Source of the DNA: a virus
Lineage: Duplodnaviria; Heunggongvirae; Uroviricota; Caudoviricetes
DNA length: 5,507 nt
Direction: 5' to 3' (one strand)
IMG/VR virus record: IMGVR_UViG_2698536369_000006
Coordinates: 1 to 5,507 of that record
Below, piece after piece: positions 1 through 5,217 of the stretch; position 1 is the first letter of the stretch; each line of letters begins with the position of its first letter. The translations under genes and the position numbers were made by a program. The notes under the pieces are model-generated. The model was not told where the DNA came from and did not search any database. It saw only the letters and a program-made list of their open reading frames with translations.

Positions 1-36
1 ACTTAAAAAACTGCGAAACAGCAGAAGTGAGGTTGC

Positions 37-708
37 ATGAATATCTACGAAAGAATTGATGGCAGCAAATACCGAAATATTTGGGTAGCTGGCGATCTGC
101 ACGGATGCTACACGAACCTGATGAAAAAACTGGAGACGATAGGATTCGACACCAAAAAAGACCTGCTTATCTCGGTTGGCGATTTGGTTGATCGTGGTGC
201 AGAGAACGTTGAATGCCTGGAATTAATCACATTCCCCTGGTTCAGAGCTGTACGTGGAAACCATGAGCAAATGATGATTGATGGCTTATCAGAGCGTGGA
301 AACGTCAATCACTGGCTGTTTAATGGCGGTGGCTGGTTCTTTAATCTCGATTACGACAAAGAAATTCTGGCTAAAGCTCTTGCCCATAAAGCAGATGAAC
401 TTCCGTTAATCATTGAACTGGTGAGCAAAGGTAAAAAATATGTCATCTGCCACGCCGATTATCCTTGTGACGAATACGAGTTTGGAAAGCCAGTTGATCA
501 TCAGCAGGTAATTTGGAACCGCGAACGAATCAGCAACTCACAAGACGGGATCGTAAAAGAAATCAAAGGAGCGGACACATTCATCTTTGGTCATACGCCA
601 GCAGTGAAACCACTCAAGTTTGCCAACCAGATGTATATAGATACCGGCGCAGCGTTCTGCGGAAACCTCACATTGATTCAGGTACAGGGAGAAGGCGCGT
701 GGGCATAA
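37..708 (+). CDS. Serine/threonine protein phosphatase, lambda nin-region PPase type (ORF221/NinI-like; calcineurin-like metallophosphoesterase)
   Basis: 223-aa ORF with ATG at 37 preceded by GTGAGG Shine-Dalgarno 4-5 nt upstream. Contains metallophosphatase signatures GDLHG, GDLVDRG and GNHE. Sequence closely matches what I recall of the lambda phosphatase (…[23 protein letters not shown]…). Stop TAA at 706-708. Confidence 0.9.
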   Translation: MNIYERIDGSKYRNIWVAGDLHGCYTNLMKKLETIGFDTKKDLLISVGDLVDRGAENVECLELITFPWFRAVRGNHEQMMIDGLSERGNVNHWLFNGGGWFFNLDYDKEILAKALAHKADELPLIIELVSKGKKYVICHADYPCDEYEFGKPVDHQQVIWNRERISNSQDGIVKEIKGADTFIFGHTPAVKPLKFANQMYIDTGAAFCGNLTLIQVQGEGAWA

Positions 709-1187
709 GAGAACTAAACCTCACCAAAGAACAGCACGAGTGGCTGAATGGCTGGCTTGAACTGTGGGGCGCATGGGTTTATTCAGGTCGTCTGGAAAAG
801 CGCATGAGCAGCGTAATAGCTAAGTTCATGGAGAGCGTAGAGCCGGGAAGAGTTATGACAAGGCCAATGTGTAATGATGATGATGGAATGTTGATTTCTC
901 AGGTCGTCGATTCCGTCATGTACATTGACAAGAAAGCCTTCGGCATCCTCCTCAGCTACTACGCTCATGGTTCTTCCAGGCACGCCATTGCATCTTACTA
1001 TCATCGCGTCGCAAGACCTCGCAAGATGTTATGCCGGGGCGGCGGGCGCATTCAAAAACCATCGCTCGCAACCTGTCGACGGGAAGTTGACGAAATCCTT
1101 AATGCCTCGTTGTTTATGATTTACCCGGTTCTGGATAGTGCGTTTAAAAACCGGAAACGTGTAGAGAAAATTAAACATGTAGCATAG
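699..1187 (+). CDS. Q: Late-gene antiterminator Q (phage 21 / 933W-type Q family)
   Basis: ORF in frame 3 ending at 1187. Likely start is GTG at 699 (GGAG/AAGG upstream), overlapping the phosphatase 3' end by 10 nt. Motifs LELWGAWV and [12 protein letters not shown] resemble the conserved N-terminal region of Q21/Q933W-type antiterminators. Position (after nin phosphatase, before lysis genes) is canonical. Start codon is uncertain; the first in-frame ATG (~804) would remove the conserved motif. Confidence 0.75.
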   Translation: MGIRELNLTKEQHEWLNGWLELWGAWVYSGRLEKRMSSVIAKFMESVEPGRVMTRPMCNDDDGMLISQVVDSVMYIDKKAFGILLSYYAHGSSRHAIASYYHRVARPRKMLCRGGGRIQKPSLATCRREVDEILNASLFMIYPVLDSAFKNRKRVEKIKHVA

Positions 1188-1193
1188 AACGTG

Positions 1194-1222
1194 TTGACAT
1201 CATTGAGCAAATGAGCAACACT
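1194..1222 (+). promoter_or_regulatory. Candidate late promoter (pR'-like) immediately downstream of Q
   Basis: Perfect -35 TTGACA at 1194-1199. Only weak -10 candidates follow at 17-19 bp spacing (AACACT / CACTAT). Position right after the Q stop matches where pR'/qut sits in lambdoid phages. The -10 is poor, so this is tentative. Confidence 0.3.
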
Positions 1223-1231
1223 ATTGGCATA

Positions 1232-1274
1232 AGCTGCCGTTAGTGACTCTTAAGTTGCAACGGTGGCTTTTTTT
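1232..1274 (+). terminator. Terminator-like hairpin followed by T7 run (possible tR'-like element or tRNA leader structure)
   Basis: 10-bp stem 1232-1241 (AGCTGCCGTT) pairing with 1259-1268 (AACGGTGGCT), including two G-U pairs. Loop is 17 nt, followed directly by TTTTTTT (1268-1274). The large loop and wobble pairs make it atypical. Confidence 0.3.
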
Positions 1275-1278
1275 ATTT

Positions 1279-1353
1279 GGGTCAGTCGTATAAAGGTCAT
1301 TACGGAAGGCTGTTAACCTTCTTATCGTGGTTCGAGTCCACGCTGTCCCGCCA
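1279..1353 (+). tRNA. tRNA-Asn(GUU)-like, atypical
   Basis: Manual cloverleaf: acceptor 1279-1285 GGGTCAG with 1343-1349 CTGTCCC (one T-T mismatch at pair 4-69). D-arm is GTAT/TTAC type. Anticodon stem GAAGG/CCTTC with loop CTGTTAA gives anticodon GTT at 1312-1314. T-arm CGTGG-TTCGAGT-CCACG. Discriminator G and encoded CCA at 1351-1353. Only 1 nt between acceptor and D-stem by my fold, so identity and functionality are uncertain. Confidence 0.5.
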
Positions 1354-1358
1354 AACAT

Positions 1359-1434
<76 letters not shown>

Positions 1435-1437
1435 TAT

Positions 1438-1512
<75 letters not shown>

Positions 1513-1518
1513 GTTAGA

Positions 1519-1564
1519 GTCTTTCAGTCTGCGATGATGGGAAATCCCGGAGTGACTGAAAGAC
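1519..1564. repeat. Perfect 11-bp inverted repeat (GTCTTTCAGTC / GACTGAAAGAC) with 24-nt spacer containing a GGG-AAAT-CCC mini-palindrome
   Basis: Arms 1519-1529 and 1554-1564 are exact reverse complements. Located 7 nt after the tRNA-Gly 3' end. No U-run follows. Confidence 0.7.
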
Positions 1565-1571
1565 GTTTAAG

Positions 1572-1644
1572 TTATGAATGATCGCTTTTTTTTGCAAAAT
1601 TGCTGTGCAGAAATACTAACCTTCGGGCAGGCGATCATTCATAA
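1572..1644. repeat. Perfect 14-bp inverted repeat (TTATGAATGATCGC / GCGATCATTCATAA) separated by 45 nt
   Basis: Arms 1572-1585 and 1631-1644 are exact reverse complements. Spacer begins with T8 (1586-1593) and contains a CC-TTCG-GG mini-hairpin. Confidence 0.7.
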
Positions 1645-1683
1645 GCACTCTGCTTTTATTCCGATTAACTGTGGGTGGTTTGT

Positions 1684-1712
1684 TGGATAGAGTGCTTTCC
1701 TTACTGTATATA
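1684..1712 (+). promoter_or_regulatory. Candidate sigma70 promoter (alternative late promoter / pR'-like candidate)
   Basis: -35 TTGGAT (1684-1689), 17-bp spacer, -10 TATATA (1707-1712) preceded by TG at 1705-1706. The predicted start lies just before the 1720-1745 terminator, an arrangement reminiscent of pR' followed by tR'. Confidence 0.3.
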
Positions 1713-1719
1713 TTGTTTC

Positions 1720-1745
1720 GCCCGCTTTTGCGGGCTTTTCTTTTC
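1720..1745 (+). terminator. Rho-independent terminator upstream of the holin gene (tR'-like)
   Basis: GC-rich hairpin GCCCGC-TTTT-GCGGGC (1720-1735) followed by TTTTCTTTTC (1736-1745). Confidence 0.65.
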
Positions 1746-1804
1746 AAATCCCTTTCATTTCTCAGTGTAAAACTACGCCATCCGTTATTTGCGGAGGTGA
1801 GGCT

Positions 1805-2020
1805 ATGAAATCCATGGACAAAATTTCAACGGGCATTGCCTACGGCACCTCCGCAGGCAGTGCTGGCTACTGGTTTTTACAGTGGCTTGATCAGGTCAGT
1901 CCGTCACAGTGGGCTGCGATTGGTGTACTGGGGAGTCTGGTTCTGGGCTTCCTGACTTATCTGACAAATCTGTACTTCAAAATCAGAGAAGACAAGCGTA
2001 AGGCTGCACGGGGAGAGTAA
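1805..2020 (+). CDS. S: Class II holin / pinholin, phage 21 S21-type with dual-start motif
   Basis: 71-aa ORF beginning MKSMDKIS (Met1 and Met4 give the S21-71/S21-68 dual start). Two hydrophobic segments ([16 protein letters not shown] and [17 protein letters not shown]) and a charged C-terminus. Strong Shine-Dalgarno GGAGGTGAGG at 1793-1802. Matches my recollection of S21 and E. coli EssD/EssQ. Confidence 0.9.
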   Translation: MKSMDKISTGIAYGTSAGSAGYWFLQWLDQVSPSQWAAIGVLGSLVLGFLTYLTNLYFKIREDKRKAARGE

Positions 2021-2024
2021 TTCA

Positions 2025-2369
2025 ATGACTCAAAACTATGAACTGATTGTGAAAGGGATCCGCAATTTTGAGAATAAAGTTACGGTAACTTTAGCGTTAC
2101 GGGACAAAAAACGCTTTGACGGTGAAATTTTTGACCTGGACATCTCGCTGGACCGTGTTGAAGGTGCCGCGCTGGAGTTTTATGAGGCAGCAGCCAGAAG
2201 GAGCATCAGACAGGTCTTCCTGGATGTTGCTGCCGGGTTATGTGAAGGGGATGAGCTGTCGCCGGAAAAGCGCCCCATAATTTTAGAGGCGCAGAATGTG
2301 TGGATAACCTACAAAGGAAAGCTACCGGGAAGAATTACTGGTTCTCTGAAGACTCCGCCGAAATGGTAA
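2025..2369 (+). CDS. Hypothetical protein inserted between holin and endolysin (possibly the DUF1327/YdfR-like lysis-cassette ORF family)
   Basis: 114-aa ORF with ATG at 2025, 4 nt after the holin stop. GGGGAGAG Shine-Dalgarno 7-8 nt upstream. No transmembrane segment. The family guess is from position (between an S21-like holin and a SAR endolysin, as in Qin essQ-ydfR-rrrQ), not from recognised sequence. Confidence 0.6.
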   Translation: MTQNYELIVKGIRNFENKVTVTLALRDKKRFDGEIFDLDISLDRVEGAALEFYEAAARRSIRQVFLDVAAGLCEGDELSPEKRPIILEAQNVWITYKGKLPGRITGSLKTPPKW

Positions 2370-2607
2370 TTTCACCAGCATATTTTTCTTCCAGTAATAC
2401 CGCCAGCCACTTGAAAGAATTTTGTTGTTGCTGGGACCATTTGGGGTTGAGTGATTCAAGCTGGAGCGATGCCAGTGTTGGTTGCATTTGTTCCTTGGGA
2501 ATTGAGAATGCCAGATATGAAAATGCGACAGTAAGGGCATTTACATCATCCCGAAGCCTGGAAATGCAGTCGAGCAACTCCTGTAGAGAAATGGTGCTAT
2601 TGTCCAT
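2335..2607 (-). CDS. Hypothetical small acidic protein (90 aa), antisense to the late operon; no family recognised
   Basis: Minus-strand ORF with ATG at 2607-2605 and an excellent Shine-Dalgarno (AGAGAGGA, 6 nt spacer). Protein-like composition (MDNSTISLQELLDCISRLRDDVNALTVAF…), clearly better than the other frames here. Overlaps the 3' end of 2025..2369 by 35 bp. The upstream TTG at 2613 is less likely as the start. Confidence 0.5.
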   Translation of the reverse strand: MDNSTISLQELLDCISRLRDDVNALTVAFSYLAFSIPKEQMQPTLASLQLESLNPKWSQQQQNSFKWLAVLLEEKYAGEITISAESSENQ

Positions 2608-2621
2608 AAACAATCCTCTCT

Positions 2622-2652
2622 ATTGTATTTAACTATTCCTTGCCTGATTCAA
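2622..2652 (-). promoter_or_regulatory. Candidate promoter for the minus-strand gene 2335..2607
   Basis: On the minus strand: -35 TTGAAT (plus 2647-2652), 19-bp spacer, -10 TACAAT (plus 2622-2627). The SD-ATG follows within ~20 nt. The spacer is long, so this is tentative. Confidence 0.25.
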
Positions 2653-2712
2653 CAGGCCGGGACAGATAAACATATCCAGGGTTCAGAAACCGATAAATCC
2701 TGATAAATATCC

Positions 2713-3246
2713 ATGAGCGCAAAAATCAAATACGGCCTGTCAGCTGCTGTTCTGGCGCTGATTGCTGCAGGCGCGTCTGCTCCTCAAATACTTGACCAGT
2801 TTCTGGATGAAAAAGAGGGTAACCACACTACGGCATACCGCGATGGTTCCGGTATATGGACCATCTGTCGTGGTGCCACAATGGTGGATGGTAAGCCCGT
2901 CATACCGGGAATGAAGCTGTCGAAGGAAAAATGCGACCAGGTTAACGCTATTGAACGTGATAAGGCGCTGGCATGGGTGGAGCGCAATATTAAAGTACCA
3001 CTGACCGAACCACAGAAAGCGGGTATAGCGTCATTCTGTCCCTATAACATTGGCCCCGGTAAGTGTTTCCCGTCGACGTTTTATAAGCGGCTGAATGCCG
3101 GTGATCGTAAGGGTGCATGCGAGGCGATTCGCTGGTGGATAAAAGATGGTGGGCGCGATTGCCGCATACGTTCAAATAACTGCTATGGACAGGTTATTCG
3201 TCGTGACCAGGAAAGCGCATTAGCCTGTTGGGGGATAGATCAGTGA
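2713..3246 (+). CDS. R: SAR endolysin (T4-lysozyme-like muramidase, glycoside hydrolase family 24; RrrD/RrrQ-type)
   Basis: 177-aa ORF. N-terminal weakly hydrophobic Gly/Ala-rich segment ([16 protein letters not shown]) is typical of a signal-anchor-release domain. Catalytic E-x8-D-x-T-like region ([23 protein letters not shown]). Near-identical to my recollection of E. coli DLP12 RrrD. No obvious Shine-Dalgarno upstream of the ATG. Confidence 0.9.
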   Translation: MSAKIKYGLSAAVLALIAAGASAPQILDQFLDEKEGNHTTAYRDGSGIWTICRGATMVDGKPVIPGMKLSKEKCDQVNAIERDKALAWVERNIKVPLTEPQKAGIASFCPYNIGPGKCFPSTFYKRLNAGDRKGACEAIRWWIKDGGRDCRIRSNNCYGQVIRRDQESALACWGIDQ

Positions 3247-3680
3247 GCAGAGTCGCAGCGATTATTTATACTCTGGTTATCTGCACCATCGTCTGCCTGT
3301 CGTGGGCGGTCAATCATTACCGTGATAACGCCATCGCCTACAAAGAGCAGCGCGATAAAGCCACATCCATCATCGCTGATATGCAGAAGCGGCAACGTGA
3401 TGTAGCAGAACTTGACGCCAGATACACAAAGGAGCTTGCTGATGCTAATGCGACTATCGAAAGTCTCCGTGCTGATGTTTCTGCTGGGCGTAAGCGCCTG
3501 CAAGTCTCCGCCACCTGTGCAAAGTCAACGACCGGAGCCAGCAGCATGGGCGATGGAGAAAGCCCAGGACTTACAGCAGATGCTGAACTCAATTATTACC
3601 GTCTCCGAGGTGGAATCGACAAGATAACCGCGCAGGTTAACTACCTGCAGGAATACATCAGGACGCAGTGCTTAAAATAA
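3243..3680 (+). CDS. Rz: Spanin inner-membrane subunit Rz (i-spanin)
   Basis: Start GTG at 3243 overlaps the endolysin stop (GTGA). N-terminus (M)[30 protein letters not shown] parallels lambda Rz ([31 protein letters not shown]). Has an N-terminal TM segment and a coiled-coil periplasmic domain. GGGGGA Shine-Dalgarno upstream. Confidence 0.85.
   Translation: MSRVAAIIYTLVICTIVCLSWAVNHYRDNAIAYKEQRDKATSIIADMQKRQRDVAELDARYTKELADANATIESLRADVSAGRKRLQVSATCAKSTTGASSMGDGESPGLTADAELNYYRLRGGIDKITAQVNYLQEYIRTQCLK
3442..3627 (+). CDS. Rz1: Spanin outer-membrane lipoprotein Rz1 (o-spanin), embedded in the +1 frame of Rz
   Basis: ORF fully inside Rz in another frame. ATG at 3442 with AAGGAG Shine-Dalgarno 8 nt upstream. 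Signal peptide with lipobox (LLGVSAC) followed by a Pro-rich mature region ([13 protein letters not shown]). An alternative start is the ATG at 3448. Confidence 0.75.
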   Translation: MLMRLSKVSVLMFLLGVSACKSPPPVQSQRPEPAAWAMEKAQDLQQMLNSIITVSEVESTR

Positions 3681-3715
3681 TTTTAATTTCACTGAAATTT
3701 AACAAGTGACTTTCA

Positions 3716-3747
3716 GGAAAATGCCTCGCAGATGCGGGGCATTTTTG
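3716..3747. terminator. Bidirectional Rho-independent terminator downstream of Rz
   Basis: Stem ATGCCTCGC (3721-3729) pairs with GCGGGGCAT (3734-3742), with one G-U and loop AGAT. Flanked by an A-run upstream (GAAAA) and a T-run downstream (TTTT). Confidence 0.55.
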
Positions 3748-3898
3748 TACCGGTATTTCACCGCGCACCGCAGCGCACAATAAACACCGAACCTGACCCT
3801 TTGGAATGGGCCTTTGAGGATACCAGTTAGTGCTGGCGAGCCTCGGTGGGCTGGTTTCCTGTGCGGCAAAGGTTCATTTCAAAGAAGCAGGCAACGCC

Positions 3899-4447
3899 AT
3901 GAATGAATTAATTGCGAATCATGACTTCGACTTTCGCCAGTTAGTTACCGCAGCAGAAGGTCAACCGGTAACTGACACCTTCCAGATTGCCAGGGCATTT
4001 GGTAAACGCCATCAGCATGTGATTAGGGCTATTAAATGTTTGAGATGTTCTGAGGAATTCTCGACAACCCATTTTTGGGCCGTCGAGAAAATCAATGACT
4101 TAGGGATTTTTGACAAGAAACAGATTTACTACCGCATGGACTTTAGTGGCTTCGTTATGCTGGTTATGGGATTTAACGGGGCAAAAGCCGATGCTGTTAA
4201 AGAAGCCTATATCAATGCGTTTAACTGGATGTCAGCAGAACTCCGTAAGTACAGCGAAAGTTATGAAGCAGAACGTAACGCCGTAATGCTGGAGTACATG
4301 AAAGAGAAGGATGTCGCCAGCATGTCAGGCCGTTTGCTCAATCGCTGGGGGAGAACGAAAAAACCTCAATTGCTTGCAAAGCTGGAACGTCTGGAGAGAC
4401 AGGGACAGTTTTTATTACCGGGATTCGATAAAGGTATTCAAGCCTGA
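3899..4447 (+). CDS. Rha-family phage regulatory protein
   Basis: 182 aa from ATG 3899 (MNELI…). The ORF is open from GTG 3830, which has a GAGGA Shine-Dalgarno 9 nt upstream, so the start is ambiguous. Motifs typical of the Rha N-terminal domain as I recall it: TDTFQIARAFGKRHQHVIRAI and FVMLVMGFNGAKADAVKEAYINAFNWM. Confidence 0.65.
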   Translation: MNELIANHDFDFRQLVTAAEGQPVTDTFQIARAFGKRHQHVIRAIKCLRCSEEFSTTHFWAVEKINDLGIFDKKQIYYRMDFSGFVMLVMGFNGAKADAVKEAYINAFNWMSAELRKYSESYEAERNAVMLEYMKEKDVASMSGRLLNRWGRTKKPQLLAKLERLERQGQFLLPGFDKGIQA

Positions 4448-4472
4448 CACATTATGCGCTGTATCGTCGCCG

Positions 4473-4537
4473 TATTCCCGCATTAACCATGACCGTAGCC
4501 CGACGGGGAATTCCTTCTGCGTGAGTGTGCGGGAATA
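4473..4537. repeat. 10-bp perfect inverted repeat (TATTCCCGCA / TGCGGGAATA) flanking a 45-bp spacer containing GGGGAATTCC
   Basis: Arms at 4473-4482 and 4528-4537 are exact reverse complements. Lies in the convergent intergenic region between the Rha-like gene and the minus-strand small gene. No adjacent U-run on either strand. Confidence 0.6.
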
Positions 4538-4634
4538 ATCAAAAACGATGCACACCGGGTTTTACTGTGCTGACAGACGCAGGGTTACCCTCATAGTCGC
4601 TTTTCCGGTGCGATGGTGGAAGAAACCGGGATGT

Positions 4635-4829
4635 TCATCCATCATCACTTTGGATTGATGTATATGCTCTCTTTTCTGACGTTAGTCTCCGACGGCAGGC
4701 TTCAATGACCCAGGCTGAGAAATTCCCGGACCCTTTTTGCTCAAGAGCGATGTTAATTTGTTCAATCATTTGGTTAGGAAAGCGGATGTTGCGGGTTGTT
4801 GTTCTGCGGGTTCTGTTCTTCGTTGACAT
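4635..4829 (-). CDS. Small ribbon-helix-helix-like protein, YlcI/DUF3950-like
   Basis: 64-aa minus-strand ORF with ATG at 4829-4827. Sequence MSTKNRTRRTTTRNIRFPNQMIEQINIALEQKGSGNFSAWVIEACRRRL has a basic N-terminus, a beta-strand-like RNIRFP and two helices, consistent with an RHH DNA-binding fold. Matches my recollection of DLP12 YlcI, which sits next to the Nu1 homolog nohD. Weak Shine-Dalgarno. Confidence 0.6.
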   Translation of the reverse strand: MSTKNRTRRTTTRNIRFPNQMIEQINIALEQKGSGNFSAWVIEACRRRLTSEKRAYTSIQSDDG

Positions 4830-5027
4830 GAGGTTGCCCCGTATTCAGTGTCGCTGATTTGTATTGTCTGAAGTTGTTTTTACGTTAAGTTGATGCAGAT
4901 CAATTAATACGATACCTGCGTCATAATTGATTATTTGACGTGGTTTGATGGCCTCCACGCACGTTGTGATATGTAGATGATAATCATTATCACTTTACGG
5001 GTCCTTTCCGGTGATCCGACAGGTTAC

Positions 5028-5039
5028 GGGGCGGCGACC
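5028..5039. other. cosN cohesive-end sequence (5'-GGGCGGCGACCT-3', lambda type)
   Basis: Exact lambda 12-nt left cohesive end at 5028-5039. It is preceded by the lambda right-end sequence (…CCGGTGATCCGACAGGTTACG, ending 5027), so cos is in the joined (circular or prophage-internal) form. Confidence 0.85.
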
Positions 5040-5080
5040 TCGCGGGTTTTCGCTATTTATGAAAATTTTCCGGTTTAAGG

Positions 5081-5196
5081 CATTTCCGTTCTTCTTCGTC
5101 GTAACTTAATGTTTTTATTTAAAATACCCCCTGAAAAGAAAGGAAACGACAGGTGCTGAAAACGAGCTTTTGGGCCTCTGTCGTTTCCTTTCTCTG
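5081..5196. promoter_or_regulatory. cosB: terminase small-subunit binding sites R3, R2, R1 with AT-rich IHF-site region
   Basis: R3 (5081-5098) CATTTCCGTTCTTCTTCG. R2 (5135-5148), inverted, AAAGAAAGGAAACG. R1 (5182-5196) CGTTTCCTTTCTCTG. An AT-rich segment at 5102-5125 is consistent with IHF site I1. Arrangement matches lambda cosB. Confidence 0.75.
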
Positions 5197-5217
5197 TTTT
5201 TGGCCGTGGAATGAACA

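Noticed and set aside
108-308. Minus-strand 66-aa ORF inside the phosphatase gene
   Set aside because: Fully embedded antisense in a well-supported CDS, with no RBS and junk-like composition.
513-698. Upstream extension of the Q ORF (track ORF 513..1187 begins at a TTG inside the phosphatase gene)
   Set aside because: The first 186 nt lie entirely within the phosphatase coding region in another frame, and the translated extension is low-complexity and Arg-rich. The GTG at 699 with an upstream SD is a more plausible start.
783-1119. ORFs 783..1004 (-) and 925..1119 (+) inside the Q gene
   Set aside because: Alternative-frame or antisense ORFs nested within the Q CDS, with no start signals; typical spurious frames.
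1574-1690. 38-codon ORF (MNDRFFLQNCCAEIL…) in the tRNA-to-holin intergenic region
   Set aside because: No Shine-Dalgarno. It spans the T8 tract and the inverted-repeat arms, so the region is better explained as structured RNA or DNA than as coding.
2300-2632. Plus-strand 110-aa ORF and minus-strand 72-aa ORF (2322..2540) overlapping the insert
   Set aside because: Cys/Ser-rich or His/Trp-rich low-complexity translations. They are alternative frames of the better-supported minus-strand gene 2335..2607.
2784-3175. Minus-strand ORFs 2784..2987 and 2990..3175 inside the endolysin gene
   Set aside because: Antisense frames within a confidently identified CDS.
3240-3592. Minus-strand ORFs 3240..3503 and 3338..3592 inside Rz
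   Set aside because: Antisense to Rz/Rz1. The only credible embedded gene here is the + strand Rz1.
3685-3716. Short AT-rich palindromes right after the Rz stop (AATTTCA-C-TGAAATT and others)
   Set aside because: Low-complexity AT-rich sequence where short palindromes arise easily. It lies next to the real terminator hairpin and is not convincing as a separate element.
4311-4538. Plus-strand 75-aa ORF overlapping the 3' end of the Rha-like gene
   Set aside because: Out-of-frame overlap with a supported CDS, no RBS, and it runs through the inverted-repeat element.
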